A DNA stretch of 64,000 bases from sequence record DRR723986_833; one strand, given 5' to 3'. The translations under genes and the position numbers were made by a program. The notes beneath the pieces are model-generated. The model saw only the letters and a program-made list of their open reading frames with translations. It did not search any database and had not been told where the DNA came from. This document shows, one piece after another, positions 12,469 through 22,102 of this stretch (its first letter is position 1; each line of letters begins with the position of its first letter).

Positions 12469-12861
12469 ATGTCTTTGCCTACCACGCCTGCCAATGCCGA
12501 TATGGATACGCCCGAGCGTATTCGTGAGTTTGTCGAGGCGTTTTACGAGCGCTTGCTGGCCGATGAGCGCCTGGCACCCATTTTTATCGATGTTGCCAAC
12601 ATCGATATTCGTGAGCATTTTCCGCGAATTCAGGCTTACTGGGAGAAACTGCTGCTGGGCGGTGATAATTACCAGCGCCACACCATGAATATTCACCGTG
12701 CGCTTCACGCCAAGCAAACCCTGACGCCCGCCGATTTTGAACGTTGGCTGGGCTACTTCGAGCAAACTGCGGACAGTCATTTTGCCGGCCCCAAAACTGA
12801 GCGCGCCAAAATGATCGCCAAGCGCATCGCCACCAATATGGAACACGCCCTGTCATCCTGA
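12469..12861 (+). CDS. Group III truncated hemoglobin
   Basis: FVEAFY, LAPIF, H.PRI..YW, M..H, FERWL..F pattern of 2/2 globins; ATG 12469 preferred over the ORF-track start. Confidence 0.8.
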   Translation: MSLPTTPANADMDTPERIREFVEAFYERLLADERLAPIFIDVANIDIREHFPRIQAYWEKLLLGGDNYQRHTMNIHRALHAKQTLTPADFERWLGYFEQTADSHFAGPKTERAKMIAKRIATNMEHALSS

Positions 12862-12874
12862 AGGGCGCCCAGTT

Positions 12875-13588
12875 TTAATGGCTAAGCATGGTGCCTGCCA
12901 GCGCCAGGCAAAACCCCATAACTGCCCCGAGAGGCGGTGCCCAGTGTTTGTCGAGCCGCGACTGCGGTGCAATATCCTGAAATATCAGGTACAAAATCCC
13001 GCCTGAAGCGAACAGCATAATCCCACCTAAGATGCCTGGTGCATCGCCCAGGAACAGATAACCGAGTAGGCCGGCGATCGGTCCCAGCGGCACAAAGGCA
13101 TACATTATTCTCAAGCTACGGCGCGCGTTGGCGCTAATTTGATTGAGCTCGCGGTAGGCGTTAAAGCCCTCGGGCAGGTTTTGTAATCCTATCAGCAGCG
13201 CCATCAGTGCTGCCGTCGGTGACCCCGTCGCCATCAGCCCGCCCAGGGCGATCGCTTCGGGGATGTAGTCGAGCATCATTCCCATTAATTGTGGTGACTC
13301 TCGTCGCCGCAAGCCCATTGCTCTCTCAATGGCGAAAAAACACAGGCCACCCAGCACAATGGTGATGATGGCCAGCGCTGGCATGTCCATGCCTTTCAGG
13401 CCTTCCGGTACTAAAACCAAGCTAACGGCGCCCAGCAAGATGCCGCCGCCAAAGGCGATAACGAAGTGGCGAAATTCGTTCTCTAGCCAATCCGGGCCGA
13501 GGTGTTCAATGCGTGCCAGCAGGCCGCCTATGGGAATGGCGACGCCGGCCAGTCCAGCGTAGAGCATTATTTGCAGGATGTCGGACAT
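12875..13588 (-). CDS. ZIP/GufA family divalent metal transporter
   Basis: Multi-TM; AFGGGILL, QNLPEGFNA, FASGGILYL motifs. Confidence 0.8.
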   Translation of the reverse strand: MSDILQIMLYAGLAGVAIPIGGLLARIEHLGPDWLENEFRHFVIAFGGGILLGAVSLVLVPEGLKGMDMPALAIITIVLGGLCFFAIERAMGLRRRESPQLMGMMLDYIPEAIALGGLMATGSPTAALMALLIGLQNLPEGFNAYRELNQISANARRSLRIMYAFVPLGPIAGLLGYLFLGDAPGILGGIMLFASGGILYLIFQDIAPQSRLDKHWAPPLGAVMGFCLALAGTMLSH

Positions 13589-13590
13589 AC

Positions 13591-14004
13591 TTATTCAGAC
13601 TCGCTCTGCTCAGCATCCGGGGTGGGCTGACGCAGTATGTAGATACTGACTAGCGCGGCGATGCTGCACAGCACGGCGCTTACCCAGGGGATTCGCACGA
13701 TCAAAAAGGCGCTACTTAACATCATTATCCACAGCACAGTGATGATCAGCGCCTTTATCTTTTTGGGAATGCCTTGCCCCTCAATGTAATAGCGAATGTA
13801 CACACCGAACCAGGGATGCTCAGTTAACCAGCGATAGAACTTGGGCGAGCTGCGAAGAAAGCAAGCGGCGCTGAGAATTAAAAAAGGCGATGTCGGCACC
13901 ACGGGCAGCAATAAGCCGATCATCCCCAAGACAAATGACAGCCAGCCTATGGCGATCAGGCTATAGCGGATGACGGGATTGCGGTGCTCGTAGGGTGACT
14001 TCAT
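13591..14004 (-). CDS. ybaN: YbaN (DUF454) family membrane protein
   Basis: LPVVPTSPFLIL.A.CF..SS..FY.WL..HP.FG motif. Confidence 0.85.
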   Translation of the reverse strand: MKSPYEHRNPVIRYSLIAIGWLSFVLGMIGLLLPVVPTSPFLILSAACFLRSSPKFYRWLTEHPWFGVYIRYYIEGQGIPKKIKALIITVLWIMMLSSAFLIVRIPWVSAVLCSIAALVSIYILRQPTPDAEQSESE

Positions 14005-14213
14005 GTTGAGTGGCGTACGACCTCTGGGTTTGTTGTCTGTGGCATTTTAGCGCGCTGATCGTTTTTGTCAGCAGAGTGATCAGCAGCGACATTGTCTGGT
14101 TTACCCCTCACAGAGATACTCCTCCGGCAAGCCAAATCTGGGCCTGCTATTGCACTATCGGCCATATGGCCTAAGTAGCTGCAGTGCAGGGTACATTACC
14201 AAGGAGAGACGAG

Positions 14214-15191
14214 ATGTCTTCATCGGCTGAAATTTTAAGTCAGGCCTTTACATTGGGGTATACCTATACCCGTTCAACCGGCCCTATTGTGGGCCAGTTT
14301 CTCACAGCGTTGCGCGACCGGAAAATGGTCGGTATCAAAGGCAGCGACGGCAAGGTGCTTATGCCGCCGGTCGAATTTGATCCAGTGAGTGCGCAAGCGC
14401 TGAGCGAGTTTGTGGATGTTGCCGATTGCGGGGTTGTGCAAACGTGGAGCTGGGTCAGTGAGCCGCGTAAGGCGCACCCAAGCGACAAACCCTTTGCCTG
14501 GGCGCTAATTAAGCTCGATGGCGCTGATACGCCCATGCTTCATTGGGTGGATGCAGATGATGCGGCGCAGATGTCTACGGGTATGCGTGTAAAAGCGCGC
14601 TGGGCAGAGAAAACCCAGGGCTTAATCTCTGATATCAATGGCTTTGTTCCCGAGGCGACCGCGCTGAGTGAAGACTACCAAGCTAATGAGGCGGAAGAGC
14701 CTATCACGGGTATCGACTCGCCCAGCTACCTGACCTACAACTTCACTGCAGGTGGCGCGACCGCGCGTTACTTGGCCAAACTGAAAGAAGGCAAGCTCGT
14801 AGGGCAGCGCTCGCCGGCAACCGGTGAGGTCTATATTCCACCTCGCGGATCTTGCCCTGCGAGTGGTTTGCCAACCGAAGAAGAAGTTGAGTTGTCGGAT
14901 AAAGCCACGGTGGAATCGTTCACCATCGTGTATATCCCCATTCCCAACAACCCCATCAAGCCGCCCTACGTGATCGCAAACCTGGTGCTAGACGGTGCCA
15001 ATATCAGTTTCCTGCACCTGCTTAGTGAGTGTAAGAACGAAGATGTGCGTATCGGCATGCGAGTCCAGGCGGTGTGGAAGCCCGAAGAAGAATGGGGCTA
15101 CGCCATGGAAAACATAAAACACTTTAAGCCCATCGATGAGCCCGATGTTCCGGTGGAAAAAATTGGCAAATTAAATAAAGAGGGCCGTTAA
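14214..15191 (+). CDS. Tandem DUF35 (Zn-ribbon/OB-fold) protein, Rv3521-like partner of thiolase-like aldolases
   Basis: Two DUF35 modules (FLTALRD...MPP...GMRVKARW; YL..LKEG...IPPR...IGMRVQAVW); AAGGAG RBS before ATG 14214. Confidence 0.85.
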   Translation: MSSSAEILSQAFTLGYTYTRSTGPIVGQFLTALRDRKMVGIKGSDGKVLMPPVEFDPVSAQALSEFVDVADCGVVQTWSWVSEPRKAHPSDKPFAWALIKLDGADTPMLHWVDADDAAQMSTGMRVKARWAEKTQGLISDINGFVPEATALSEDYQANEAEEPITGIDSPSYLTYNFTAGGATARYLAKLKEGKLVGQRSPATGEVYIPPRGSCPASGLPTEEEVELSDKATVESFTIVYIPIPNNPIKPPYVIANLVLDGANISFLHLLSECKNEDVRIGMRVQAVWKPEEEWGYAMENIKHFKPIDEPDVPVEKIGKLNKEGR

Positions 15192-15192
15192 G

Positions 15193-16251
15193 ATGCGCGA
15201 TGTAGCTATTGTAGCCTTTGCCCAGTCTGATTGTGTGCGCGATGCTGGCGCTCGCAATGAGGTCGAGCTGATCATGCCGGTCCTGCAGGAAGTGTATAAG
15301 CAAGCTGGGATAAACAGTGCCCAGGATGTGGACTTCACCTGCTCCGGCAGCTGTGACTACCAGCAGGGCGCAGCCTTTGCGTTTGTCGCAGGCGTTGACG
15401 CTCTAGGTGCAGTGCCACCCATTAAAGAGTCTCATGTTGAGATGGACGCCGCCTGGGCGCTTTATGAATCTTGGTTAAAGATTCAGACAGGTGAAACAGA
15501 GTCGGCGCTGATATACGGCTTTGGTAAGTCGTCGCCTGGCGAATTGCCGATTGTGCTTTCTCAACAGCTCGATCCTTATTATCTGGCACCGCTTTGGGTG
15601 GATACCATTGCCTTTGCTGCCATGCAGGCGCGGGTGATGCTGGAGCAGGGTTTGATTACTGAAGCCGAGATGGCTGAGGTCGTTGCGCGCTCACGCAAAA
15701 ACGCCGCCAACAACCCCCACGCTCAGTTGAAGGGTGATGTCAGTGTGGATGAGCTGCTCGCCGAGCCCGAGTATGAATCGCCACTGCGTCGCCACGATTG
15801 CTGCCCAATCTCTGATGGCGCCTGTGCAATGATTATCTGCACCGTCGAGAAGGCTAAAGAATGGGGTAAGCCCTATGCCGTGATTAAGGGGATTGATCAC
15901 CGCATTGAGACCCACCACATTGGCTCGCGCGATTTAACGCAATCAATCTCTACCAAACAAGCGGCTGAGGCGGCTGGCGTCGCGCAGGGGCCGGTGGATA
16001 TTGCTGAGTTGTATGCGCCGTTCAGCCACCAGGAAATCATCCTGCGCCGGGCGCTGAATTTATCCGATGACGCCAAGGTAAACCCGTCGGGCGGCGTGTT
16101 GGCGGGCAATGTGATGATGGCCTCCGGCCTGTCGCGCATCGGTGAAGTGGCCATGCGATTAATCAATGGTGAAGGCAAGCGCGGCGTGGCACACGCAACG
16201 TCGGGGCCGTGTCTGCAACAAAACCTGGTAACTGTACTGGAGGCCCAATAA
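15193..16251 (+). CDS. Thiolase-like lipid-transfer protein, Ltp4-like
   Basis: SGSCDY, ESHVEMDAAWA, PISDGACA, NPSGG, AHATSGPCLQQN; no canonical thiolase Cys at the HVEMD position. Confidence 0.8.
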   Translation: MRDVAIVAFAQSDCVRDAGARNEVELIMPVLQEVYKQAGINSAQDVDFTCSGSCDYQQGAAFAFVAGVDALGAVPPIKESHVEMDAAWALYESWLKIQTGETESALIYGFGKSSPGELPIVLSQQLDPYYLAPLWVDTIAFAAMQARVMLEQGLITEAEMAEVVARSRKNAANNPHAQLKGDVSVDELLAEPEYESPLRRHDCCPISDGACAMIICTVEKAKEWGKPYAVIKGIDHRIETHHIGSRDLTQSISTKQAAEAAGVAQGPVDIAELYAPFSHQEIILRRALNLSDDAKVNPSGGVLAGNVMMASGLSRIGEVAMRLINGEGKRGVAHATSGPCLQQNLVTVLEAQ

Positions 16252-17414
16252 TGGCTCAATTAGCTGCTGTGGTCGGCGTCGGTCAGACCAAATACAAAAC
16301 AAAGCGCGGCGACGTATCGATCGCGGGCTTGGTTCGCGAAGCGGCGCAGAATGCGCTCAATGATGCCCAGCTAACCTGGGATGACATCGATGCCGTCATC
16401 CTCGGTAAGGCGCCGGACATGTTCGAGGGCGTTATCATGCCCGAGCTGTACCTCACCGATGCACTGGGTTGTAACGGCAAGCCAATGCTGCGTGTGCATA
16501 CTGCTGGCTCGGTTGGGGGCTCCACGGCTATCGTGGCGGCATCCTATGTGCAGAGCGGCGTGTTCAAACGCATTCTCACGGTGTCGTTTGAGAAGCAATC
16601 CGAGTCCAACGCCATGTGGGCACTGTCCAACCCTCAGCCATTTTCCCCACATTTGAATGCGGGTGCTGGCGGTTATTTTGCGCCGATTATTCGCGAGTAT
16701 ATGCGCCGCTCTAATGCCCCTTATGACGCGGGTATTAAAGTTGCGGTGAAAGACCGCCTACACGGTGCCAAAAACCCGCTGGCGCATCTACAGCTGCCGG
16801 AAATTACCATGAAAGAGGTCGAAGACAGCCCAATGCTGTGGGAGCCACTGCGCTTCCTCGAGGCCTGCCCGTCGTCTGATGGTGCCTGCGCGATGGTGAT
16901 TGCCAACGAAGATCTTGCCGAGCAATCACCGGGCAAACCGGCGTGGATCCGCGGCGCGGCAATGCGCTCAGAACCAACTATGTACGCCGGTCGTGAGCAG
17001 GTAAGCCCGCAAGCAGGCCGAGATTGTGCGAAGGATGTGTACAAGCAAGCGGGTATCGACAATCCTCGCAAGGACCTCGATTGCGCCGAAGTCTACGTGC
17101 CATTTTCCTGGTATGAGCCTATGTGGCTGGAAAACCTCGGTTTTGCCGAAGAAGGTAAGGGTTGGGAGCTCACCATGAGCGGCGCAACCTCTTTGCTGGA
17201 AGGTGGCGATATTCCCTGGAACTGCTCTGGTGGCGTACTGTCGTCGAACCCGATTGGTGCCTCGGGCATGATTCGCTTTGCCGAAGCTGCTCAGCAGGTG
17301 CGCGGTGAAGCGGGAGACCATCAGGTGGACGGTGCCAAGACGGCAATGGGCCACGCCTACGGTGGTGGTGCCCAGTTCTACTCAATGTGGATAGTGAGCA
17401 GCGAAAAGCATTAA
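16251..17414 (+). CDS. Thiolase-like lipid-transfer protein, Ltp3-like
   Basis: GKAPD.FEG, RVHTAGSVGGST, CPSSDGACA, SGGVLSSNPIGASG, GHAYGGG; TAATG coupling to upstream gene. Confidence 0.82.
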   Translation: MAQLAAVVGVGQTKYKTKRGDVSIAGLVREAAQNALNDAQLTWDDIDAVILGKAPDMFEGVIMPELYLTDALGCNGKPMLRVHTAGSVGGSTAIVAASYVQSGVFKRILTVSFEKQSESNAMWALSNPQPFSPHLNAGAGGYFAPIIREYMRRSNAPYDAGIKVAVKDRLHGAKNPLAHLQLPEITMKEVEDSPMLWEPLRFLEACPSSDGACAMVIANEDLAEQSPGKPAWIRGAAMRSEPTMYAGREQVSPQAGRDCAKDVYKQAGIDNPRKDLDCAEVYVPFSWYEPMWLENLGFAEEGKGWELTMSGATSLLEGGDIPWNCSGGVLSSNPIGASGMIRFAEAAQQVRGEAGDHQVDGAKTAMGHAYGGGAQFYSMWIVSSEKH

Positions 17415-17425
17415 CAAATGGTCAT

Positions 17426-17464
17426 CAGCCATCCCCCTCAACTCGTCCCTTGGGAGGATGGCTG
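17426..17464 (+). other. Intergenic stem-loop (CAGCCATCC...GGATGGCTG), no U-tract
   Basis: 9-bp perfect inverted repeat just after the ltp3-like stop. Confidence 0.5.
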
Positions 17465-17617
17465 GGTGAGAATGGCCTTGTTACTGTGTTGGGCTAAACG
17501 CCGTTCTGGCCTGCCCGGCAATACGGTTGCGATACATTACTGCGAGTCATCGCAGAGATAACAATTAAACAAATTGGCGCCGCCGTCGAGGCGGCGTTGA
17601 TCTAACAGGGACCCACT

Positions 17618-19249
17618 ATGAGCATGCATTTTAACCTTGCGGATTTGTTTGAAGCCGTTGCCGATAAAGTACCCAGCCGTGAAGCGCTGGTATGTGGCAG
17701 TAGCCGTGCGACCTACGCCGAGCTGGATGCTGGCGCCAACCGTATGGCCCACTACCTGAGCAGTCAGGGTGTGAAGGCCGGCGACCACGTTGGTTTGTAC
17801 ATGTACAACTGCAACGAATATCTGGAAGCGATGCTGGCTTGCTTCAAAATTCGCGCGGTGCCTATCAATGTTAACTACCGCTATGTGAAAGATGAGCTGC
17901 TTTACATCTTTGATAATGCAGACATGGTTGCCTGTGTGCATCACCGCGAGTTCGCCCCGCATATTGCTGACGTTCGTTCGGCGGCGAAGAAACTGAAAGT
18001 ATTCGTGTCGGTGGATGACGGTAGCGATGCAGACATCGCCAGCATTGGGTCTATCGACTACGCGCAGGCCTGTGAAGGACAGAGCGCCGAGCGCGATTTC
18101 GCTGAGCGTGCCGATGACGACTACTTTGTGCTCTACACAGGTGGTACTACGGGCATGCCTAAGGGCGTTATGTGGCCGCATAAAAATGTATTTTTTGCGG
18201 CGATGGGCGGCGGCGGTCACTTTTCGCCACTCGGCCCCTGTGAGAAGCCCGAAGATATTACCGAGCGCGTTGGCGAGCACCCGCTGACCGGTATCGCACT
18301 GGCGCCGTTGATGCATGGCGCATCGTGGTGGTATGCCTGCATCCAGCTGCTTGCGGGCAACAAGCTGGTGCTTAATCACAATCGCTCCTTCGACGGTGCC
18401 GAGGTATGGCAGATCGTTGCGGACGAAAAAGTGAACGCTGTGCAGATCGTTGGCGATGCCATGGCCATTCCCCTGTTGGATGCACTCGACGCGAACCCCG
18501 GTCGCTGGGATTTGTCGGCAGTATTTAACGTTGGTTCAGGTGGTGCGATCTTCTCTGAAGCCAAGCAAGAGGCCTTCAAGAAGCATTTCCCCAATGTCTT
18601 TGTTACCAACGCGTTTGGTTCGTCTGAAGGCGGCCAAATGGGTATGGATAACGGCAGCAAGAAAACGGCATCGGGGCTTGGCAATGTTAGCCGTACCGAC
18701 TACATGGACGTGATTATCGACGAGCCAGACCAGCCGCGTCGTCACGCTGAACTCGGCGAAACCGGTATCTTTGCTCGCGCGGGTTACATCCCAATGGGCT
18801 ACTACAATGACCCTGAAAAAACCGCCAAGACCTTCGTTGAGGTGGACGGTAAAACCTGGTTGTTGACGGGGGATGCGGCCAAGCTGGAAGAAGATGGGTC
18901 AATTACTGTCTTCGGTCGCGGCTCAAACTGTATTAACAGCGGTGGTGAGAAAATCTTCCCTGAAGAGGTTGAAGACGCGCTTAAAGCCCACGACGGTGTC
19001 TTCGACGCACTGGTCATTGGTGTTCCCGACGAGCGTTGGGGTAGCCGCGTGAGTGCGGTTATTCAGGCGCGCGAGGGTGTCGACCTCGACCTTAAGAATG
19101 TTCAAGAGCATTGCCGCAAACATGTGGCGGGCTACAAGGTGCCACGCGAGGTGCATATCATTGCAGAAATTCCTCGCGCCCCCAGCGGCAAGCCCGACTA
19201 TAAAACAGCAAAAGCCTTTGCGCTGAGTGGTGAGGGGCAGGTTTCCTGA
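17618..19249 (+). CDS. Acyl-CoA synthetase, FadD19-like (steroid-CoA ligase)
   Basis: FNLADLFEAVAD start, YTGGTTGMPKGV, INVNYRYV, INSGGEKIFPEEVE, SGKPDY. Confidence 0.85.
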   Translation: MSMHFNLADLFEAVADKVPSREALVCGSSRATYAELDAGANRMAHYLSSQGVKAGDHVGLYMYNCNEYLEAMLACFKIRAVPINVNYRYVKDELLYIFDNADMVACVHHREFAPHIADVRSAAKKLKVFVSVDDGSDADIASIGSIDYAQACEGQSAERDFAERADDDYFVLYTGGTTGMPKGVMWPHKNVFFAAMGGGGHFSPLGPCEKPEDITERVGEHPLTGIALAPLMHGASWWYACIQLLAGNKLVLNHNRSFDGAEVWQIVADEKVNAVQIVGDAMAIPLLDALDANPGRWDLSAVFNVGSGGAIFSEAKQEAFKKHFPNVFVTNAFGSSEGGQMGMDNGSKKTASGLGNVSRTDYMDVIIDEPDQPRRHAELGETGIFARAGYIPMGYYNDPEKTAKTFVEVDGKTWLLTGDAAKLEEDGSITVFGRGSNCINSGGEKIFPEEVEDALKAHDGVFDALVIGVPDERWGSRVSAVIQAREGVDLDLKNVQEHCRKHVAGYKVPREVHIIAEIPRAPSGKPDYKTAKAFALSGEGQVS

Positions 19250-19353
19250 CCCCTGGGCCGGGGTAGCGATGCTACTCCGGCACACTCTGCCCGCATTCAT
19301 GGCCGCTGCTTTTCACTTATTCTCATAACAATGAATTGCGAATGGAGCCAATC

Positions 19354-20175
19354 ATGCCTACCGAACTGCCCATCAGTACCGAAAACTGTATCGTTGAAAA
19401 AGACGGCCACGTACTGATTGTTACCCTGAACCGCCCGGAAGCAAAAAATGCGTTCAGCCCTGAAATGCTGTTGGGGCTCTATAAAGCGTGGCGCTTGCTG
19501 GATGAAGACGACGATCTTCGCTGCGCTATTCTTACCGCCAACGGCGATACCTTTTGTGCGGGAATGGACCTTAAGGCCGGAGCGGATGGCCGACAGCGCA
19601 GCACGGAAGAGTTTATGGAATTGATGGCCACAGTGCCCAATATCCATTGGCAGGCACTGCTGCGTGACAACCGCCCCTGCAAGCCATTGATCCTTGCTGT
19701 GGAAGGTTATGCGCTGGCGGGTGGAACGGAAATTCTTCAGGGTACTGATATTCGCGTTGCGGCTGAGGATGCCATCTTCGGTGTGACGGAAGTGGCGCGT
19801 GGCCTATATCCGATGTCTGGCTCAACTGTGCGTCTGCGCAAACAAATTCCCTACTGCATTGCCGCTGAAATTCTGCTGCTTGGTGAGCACGTTAGTGCAC
19901 AGCAGGCGCTGGAATTTGGCTTGATTAACCGCATTGTGCCCAAGGGTGAAACCTTGAACGAAGCGAAGAAAATAGCCGAAAAAATCTGTGCAAATGGCCC
20001 GCTGGCGGTGAAAGCGGTGACGCGTTCATTGCGTGAGCACACCGAGCACCTGGCAGAAGACGAGGCGATGTTGAAGTCCGATGAGCTGGCAGGCCCGGTG
20101 TTTGCCTCCAAGGATGCCAAAGAGGGCATGCGCGCCTTCAAAGAAAAACGTCCCGCCGAATTCACCGGCGAATAG
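19354..20175 (+). CDS. Enoyl-CoA hydratase, EchA19-like
   Basis: FCAGMDLK, AGGTEILQGTDIRVA, FGVTE, LRKQIPY; follows fadD19-like gene. Confidence 0.82.
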   Translation: MPTELPISTENCIVEKDGHVLIVTLNRPEAKNAFSPEMLLGLYKAWRLLDEDDDLRCAILTANGDTFCAGMDLKAGADGRQRSTEEFMELMATVPNIHWQALLRDNRPCKPLILAVEGYALAGGTEILQGTDIRVAAEDAIFGVTEVARGLYPMSGSTVRLRKQIPYCIAAEILLLGEHVSAQQALEFGLINRIVPKGETLNEAKKIAEKICANGPLAVKAVTRSLREHTEHLAEDEAMLKSDELAGPVFASKDAKEGMRAFKEKRPAEFTGE

Positions 20176-20183
20176 TCCGTCGC

Positions 20184-20208
20184 AGCGGCGGACGATGCTT
20201 CCGCCGCT
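20184..20208 (+). other. Intergenic stem-loop AGCGGCGGA-N7-TCCGCCGCT
   Basis: 9-bp perfect inverted repeat after the echA19-like stop, no U-tract. Confidence 0.45.
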
Positions 20209-20262
20209 ACCCGCGATCCACTTCTCAATACGAATAATTCCCCCACTAAGAAGGATGAGGCT

Positions 20263-21402
20263 ATGTCTGGGCCACTAAACGGCGTGAGAGTTATCGAGAT
20301 GGCCGGCATTGGCCCCGGGCCTTACGCCTGTATGTTGTTATCCGACCTGGGCGCTGAGGTGATCCGAATTGATCGCAGCGGCGCACTGGGCCAGCCGGGT
20401 GATGTCAGTACCCGTGGTCGGCGCTCGATAGCCTTAAACCTGAAATCAGAAGACGGACTCGCGATTGCCCGACAGCTGATCGATAGTGCCGACATGCTTG
20501 TCGAAGGTTTCCGACCCGGTGTGATGGAAAAGCTAGGCCTGGGCCCCGAGGTTTGCTGTCAGTCAAATGAAAGGTTGATATACGGCCGCATGACGGGGTG
20601 GGGGCAAAACGGGCCGCTGGCAATGACAGCCGGTCACGATATTAATTACATCGCCTTAAGTGGCATGTTGGCAAGCATGGGCGATGCTGACCGCCCACCA
20701 CCGGTGCCCCTGAATGTGGCGGGCGATCTGGGTGGCGGCTCGCTATTTCTGGTGATGGGAATGCTGGCGGCGTTGCATGAGCGAAGCCAGTCAGGCAAAG
20801 GACAGGTTATCGATGCGGCAATTTGCGACGGCGCGGCATCGTTAATGAGCACCCTGCACGGCCTCAAAGCGATCGACTTCTGGGATGCCGAGCGAGAGCA
20901 CAACATGCTTGATGGCGGCGCGCCGTTTTACCGCAACTATGAGTGCAAAGACGGGCGCTATATCTCTTTCGGCGCAATCGAGCCACAGTTTTATGCGTTG
21001 TTGCTGGAAAAACTGGATATTGATTTTGGTGGCACAGACTACAGCGTGCAGTTGAACAAAGCCGATTGGCCGCGTCAGCGTGAGCAGATCGCTGCGCGAG
21101 TTAAGGGAAAGACTCAGGCACAGTGGTGCGCGATTTTCGACGGCACTGATGCCTGCGTAGCACCGATTGTGCCGTTAGATGAGGCAATCGACCATCCACA
21201 TAACGCCCAGCGAGGGAACCTTGTTGAACGCGATGGCGTGGTTCAAACTGGCGTCGCGCCGAGGTTGTCTCGCACTCCCGGTGAAATACAAAGTGGTCCA
21301 GCAGTGAGTGGCGCTCAAAGCCGGGAGCTACTGCAGGAACTGGGTTTCGATAAAGAAAAGATCGAGTCGCTAATTGCGGGGAATGCAGTTAGTACAGACT
21401 GA
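20263..21402 (+). CDS. CaiB/BaiF family protein, alpha-methylacyl-CoA racemase-like
   Basis: EMAGIGPGP, EGFRPGVMEKLGLGP, GHDINY, GDLGGG, N.LDGGAPFY. Confidence 0.87.
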   Translation: MSGPLNGVRVIEMAGIGPGPYACMLLSDLGAEVIRIDRSGALGQPGDVSTRGRRSIALNLKSEDGLAIARQLIDSADMLVEGFRPGVMEKLGLGPEVCCQSNERLIYGRMTGWGQNGPLAMTAGHDINYIALSGMLASMGDADRPPPVPLNVAGDLGGGSLFLVMGMLAALHERSQSGKGQVIDAAICDGAASLMSTLHGLKAIDFWDAEREHNMLDGGAPFYRNYECKDGRYISFGAIEPQFYALLLEKLDIDFGGTDYSVQLNKADWPRQREQIAARVKGKTQAQWCAIFDGTDACVAPIVPLDEAIDHPHNAQRGNLVERDGVVQTGVAPRLSRTPGEIQSGPAVSGAQSRELLQELGFDKEKIESLIAGNAVSTD

Positions 21403-21414
21403 TAGGGAGAGAGA

Positions 21415-22086
21415 ATGAATCACGCACACGCTTTTTACGAGGTGCTAGAGCGCAGGCGGTCAGTTCGCGCATTTCGCCCCGAGCCGATAGCCGAGGCGCG
21501 CTTACAGAAGATTTTTCGCGCTGCGCAGCAAGCGCCGTCGAACTGTAACACGCAACCGTGGTTGTGCGCGGTGGTCAGTGGTGAGCGATTGGAAGTACTC
21601 AGAGCAGCAATTCCGGAAGCATTTGCCGCAGGGCAGTGGACTATGGACTTTCCCTACGATGGCCAATACCAGGGGGTGTACAAGGAGCGCCAATACCAAG
21701 CAGCGACTGACCTGTACAGCGCGATGGGGATTACCCGCGAGGATAAAGCCGGGCGCAATGAACAATTCATGCAAAACTTTCGGTTTTTTGGTGCGCCGCA
21801 CGTGGCATTTATTTTCCTGCCCGAGCCCTTCGGTTTGCGCGAAGCAGCCGATTGCGGCATGTATGCCCAAAGCCTGATGCTGGCTCTGACAGCAGAGGGT
21901 TTGGCCAGTTGTCCGCAAACGGCACTGAGCTTTAATGCCGACCTAGTGCGAGAGGTACTGGGAATAGGTGCGGAAAATAAACTGCTATTTGGTATCTCCT
22001 TCGGCGAAGAAGACACCGATGCTGCAGTGAATAATTGCCGAACCCAGCGCGACACTTCAGACAATTGCCTGCGGTTCTTTTCCTGA
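21415..22086 (+). CDS. Nitroreductase family flavoprotein
   Basis: RRSVRAF, APSNCNTQPW, FFGAP, SCPQ. Confidence 0.88.
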   Translation: MNHAHAFYEVLERRRSVRAFRPEPIAEARLQKIFRAAQQAPSNCNTQPWLCAVVSGERLEVLRAAIPEAFAAGQWTMDFPYDGQYQGVYKERQYQAATDLYSAMGITREDKAGRNEQFMQNFRFFGAPHVAFIFLPEPFGLREAADCGMYAQSLMLALTAEGLASCPQTALSFNADLVREVLGIGAENKLLFGISFGEEDTDAAVNNCRTQRDTSDNCLRFFS

Positions 22087-22102
22087 ATAGAGCGAGATAA
22101 CT

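Noticed and set aside
17537-18379. Long antisense ORFs (this 280-aa one, also 34052-34777, 53983-54729 and similar)
   Set aside because: They shadow well-supported genes on the opposite strand and show no recognisable motifs
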